A stretch of 64,000 nt of DNA from Anthoceros angustus (Eukaryota; Plantae; Anthocerotophyta), in contig MU008207.1 of the NCBI GenBank assembly GCA_010909165.1, positions 248,001 to 312,000 of the forward strand. The letters run 5' to 3'. The notes beneath the pieces are model-generated. The model saw only the letters and a program-made list of their open reading frames with translations, was not told the DNA's origin and did no database searches. The translations under genes and the position numbers were made by a program. Below, in pieces: positions 62,069-64,000 of this stretch (positions are counted from its first letter, which is position 1; each line of letters opens with the position of its first letter).

Positions 62069-63799
62069 CTAAAAGCTAAGAGAATAGCTATGGCAGGATC
62101 AACATGAGAGAGCCAAAGTGACCAAGAGCACAAGCGGAGAGCACAAGAAGCAAAGCGTATGTGAGGAAAAAGGTTTATTGATTAATGGAAAGAAACTATC
62201 TTATACAAAAAAGGCGAACGGTTATTTAACCGTCAGAAAATGCAAAACTACTTTAAGCGGTTCATAGTTGTAACATAACATAACGCTTTTAGGCTATTTC
62301 TAATACTCCCACTTAGTTGAAGCATGTTTGATCAAAAGGAAATTAAAGCTGATAAATTACCTGTGGTGCTAGCTGTGACAAAGTACAAATGATGGGTGCA
62401 CGGTAACATGCCAAACGTGACACTCTCACTCTCGCTTCACTTCAACTTGCCAATTACTCCCCAACGCCCGCTATAACTAGAGCTATGGCATCCTTGAGTG
62501 CCATTGAGCTCATGTCTCTTGTGATCACAGTCTTCTCCCTCGCAATCCTTTGCGCCTGGATATCTTCATCTCCAAGCAGGTGTGCCCATCAACGTCTTGT
62601 GTGGTCGACAATGGACGACGTAACACAAGGCTGATACTGGGTGAGAGAGTGGATTCGATTCAGGAAATTCTCGAAAGCGTCTTGTCTTCATGCAATGCAT
62701 TGTCGACTCTAACATAGTCTCCTTGAGTCTCAAGTTGCGGTCCCTGTTCCGGTGATAGTTGAGCGAAAGCATGAAGACTCAAAACTTGACGACAAGGCGT
62801 CCCTCGAAGAGTGTCTGCTGCGCCGTGACTTTCACAAGATGGCACAGAAGAGAACACAAGGAAAAAGGAGGCATAGTAGGGGTGGCCACAGGCCTACTCC
62901 AGAAGAGATCTTAGCTTACGAAATCCCTCTTCCGGTGGATTACGATGGCGAGGTCTACATGGAGAAAGAGTGGGGCACAAGCACCTAAGTCGCTAAGGGT
63001 GTGAAGAAAAGCGAGGAAGAGAGGCGAAGAAACACAGAGCCACATATGCGGAGGCGGTGTGGGTCTGCGTGTGGTGACTTATAAGTTATGTTGAGAGTCA
63101 TTGTTTACAAGGGAAGTAATGATCATCCCCGTGGGTTTGTAGCTTTAACAGAGGAGTTTGCCAAGGCCGATAAGGCCAGAGAAGACCTGGTGAGACACTC
63201 AAAACACAACAAACTCAGATTAGAAAAGCAAACCCGAGCTAATGAAATGCCCTTATAGTAGCAGTGAGGATCTCGCAAATACCGTGACGATGTTTTTTAT
63301 GTAATGGTTTTGACAAGGCCTTAGTGAAAGGTTCAAACATTGTCCATGATAGGAACATACGACATAATTACCTCTCCCGGCCTATTTGGGAATAAAGTTG
63401 TGGTGGGAGGTTCGGGACCCCGGAACCCTCACCATGGCCACTTATCACTTGTCGGTTCGTCGGTGGGGTTTCGTTCCACGAAGGGTGGAGCCCTTCCCTT
63501 GCGGATGGAGGTGCGCCCTCACGGCCCGACCTCTCGACTCTCGACTCCGTGCAGGCGCCCGGTGACTAGCGCCCCTCCTACCACCACGGTGACCCACCCT
63601 CGGTAAGTCACACTACCCTCGCGCGATGACTCGTCGGCGCGGACCTCGTCATGAGAGCCCTGTCTGCGGCCACCTTGGGACCCCAAATCACCGTCTGATG
63701 GGCAATCCTCCCACCGGTAGCAGTTCCTACACTCCCTAAGACCCTTCTCATGACAAATTTGGGGCCGCCCCTCAAGCTCTTCACACCCTTGAAATTCAC

Positions 63800-64000
63800 C
63801 TTCCCTCTCTTTTCTAGGTTTCTTCCTCCTCTCTTCTCTTTTTGTCTTTTCTCTTTTCTCTCTTGCTCCTTCTCCTCTCTTGCTCCCTATCCTCTCTAGC
63901 TCCTCTCTAGTCCTCTCTCGCTCTCACTCTCTCGCTCTCACTCTCTCGCTCTCTCTCTCTTTTCTTTTCTCTTTTCTCTCTTTTCTCCTCTCTTCTCCTC
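63800..64000 (+). repeat. CT-rich low-complexity/microsatellite tract
   Basis: Nearly pure pyrimidine with (CT)n and CTCTCTCGCTCTCA repeats. Confidence 0.9.

Noticed and set aside
62070-62335. Possible minus-strand Copia LTR with PPT (AAGTGGGAG-TATTAGA)
   Set aside because: No partner LTR or coding support in the window; boundaries cannot be verified.

Overview
Eukaryotic, seed-free land-plant nuclear DNA. It is most consistent with a hornwort: DYW:KP GRP and DRH-like PPR genes, a WW-type PPR gene, and ~80-90 bp introns. A lycophyte or fern is not excluded. Host genes are six PLS-class PPR RNA-editing-factor genes and an intact 5-exon 60S ribosomal protein L7a gene. The PPR set is one WW-type truncated after the PG box, one intact 1197-aa DYW:KP protein ending DRC, and four GRP-type DYW:KP paralogs, the class linked to U-to-C editing. 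Most of 11-46.8 kb and 54.7-64 kb is nested retroelement DNA: a LINE remnant, a large Gypsy element A (12568-44873), a young Copia inserted in A with intact LTRs/PBS/TSD, and a 13.3-kb insert in A that carries Gypsy element B. Three features stand out. (1) Element B encodes a Dnmt3-like C5 cytosine methyltransferase between protease and RT, plus a PHD finger after integrase. (2) The GRP-type editors carry an N-terminal OSB-type 'PDF' motif, an ssDNA-binding module. (3) A separate N4C/N6A DNA-methyltransferase fragment sits in TE debris at ~55.2-55.7 kb. Multi-copy regions are full of 1-3 nt deletions while single-copy genes are clean, so many frameshifts may be assembly errors rather than true decay.
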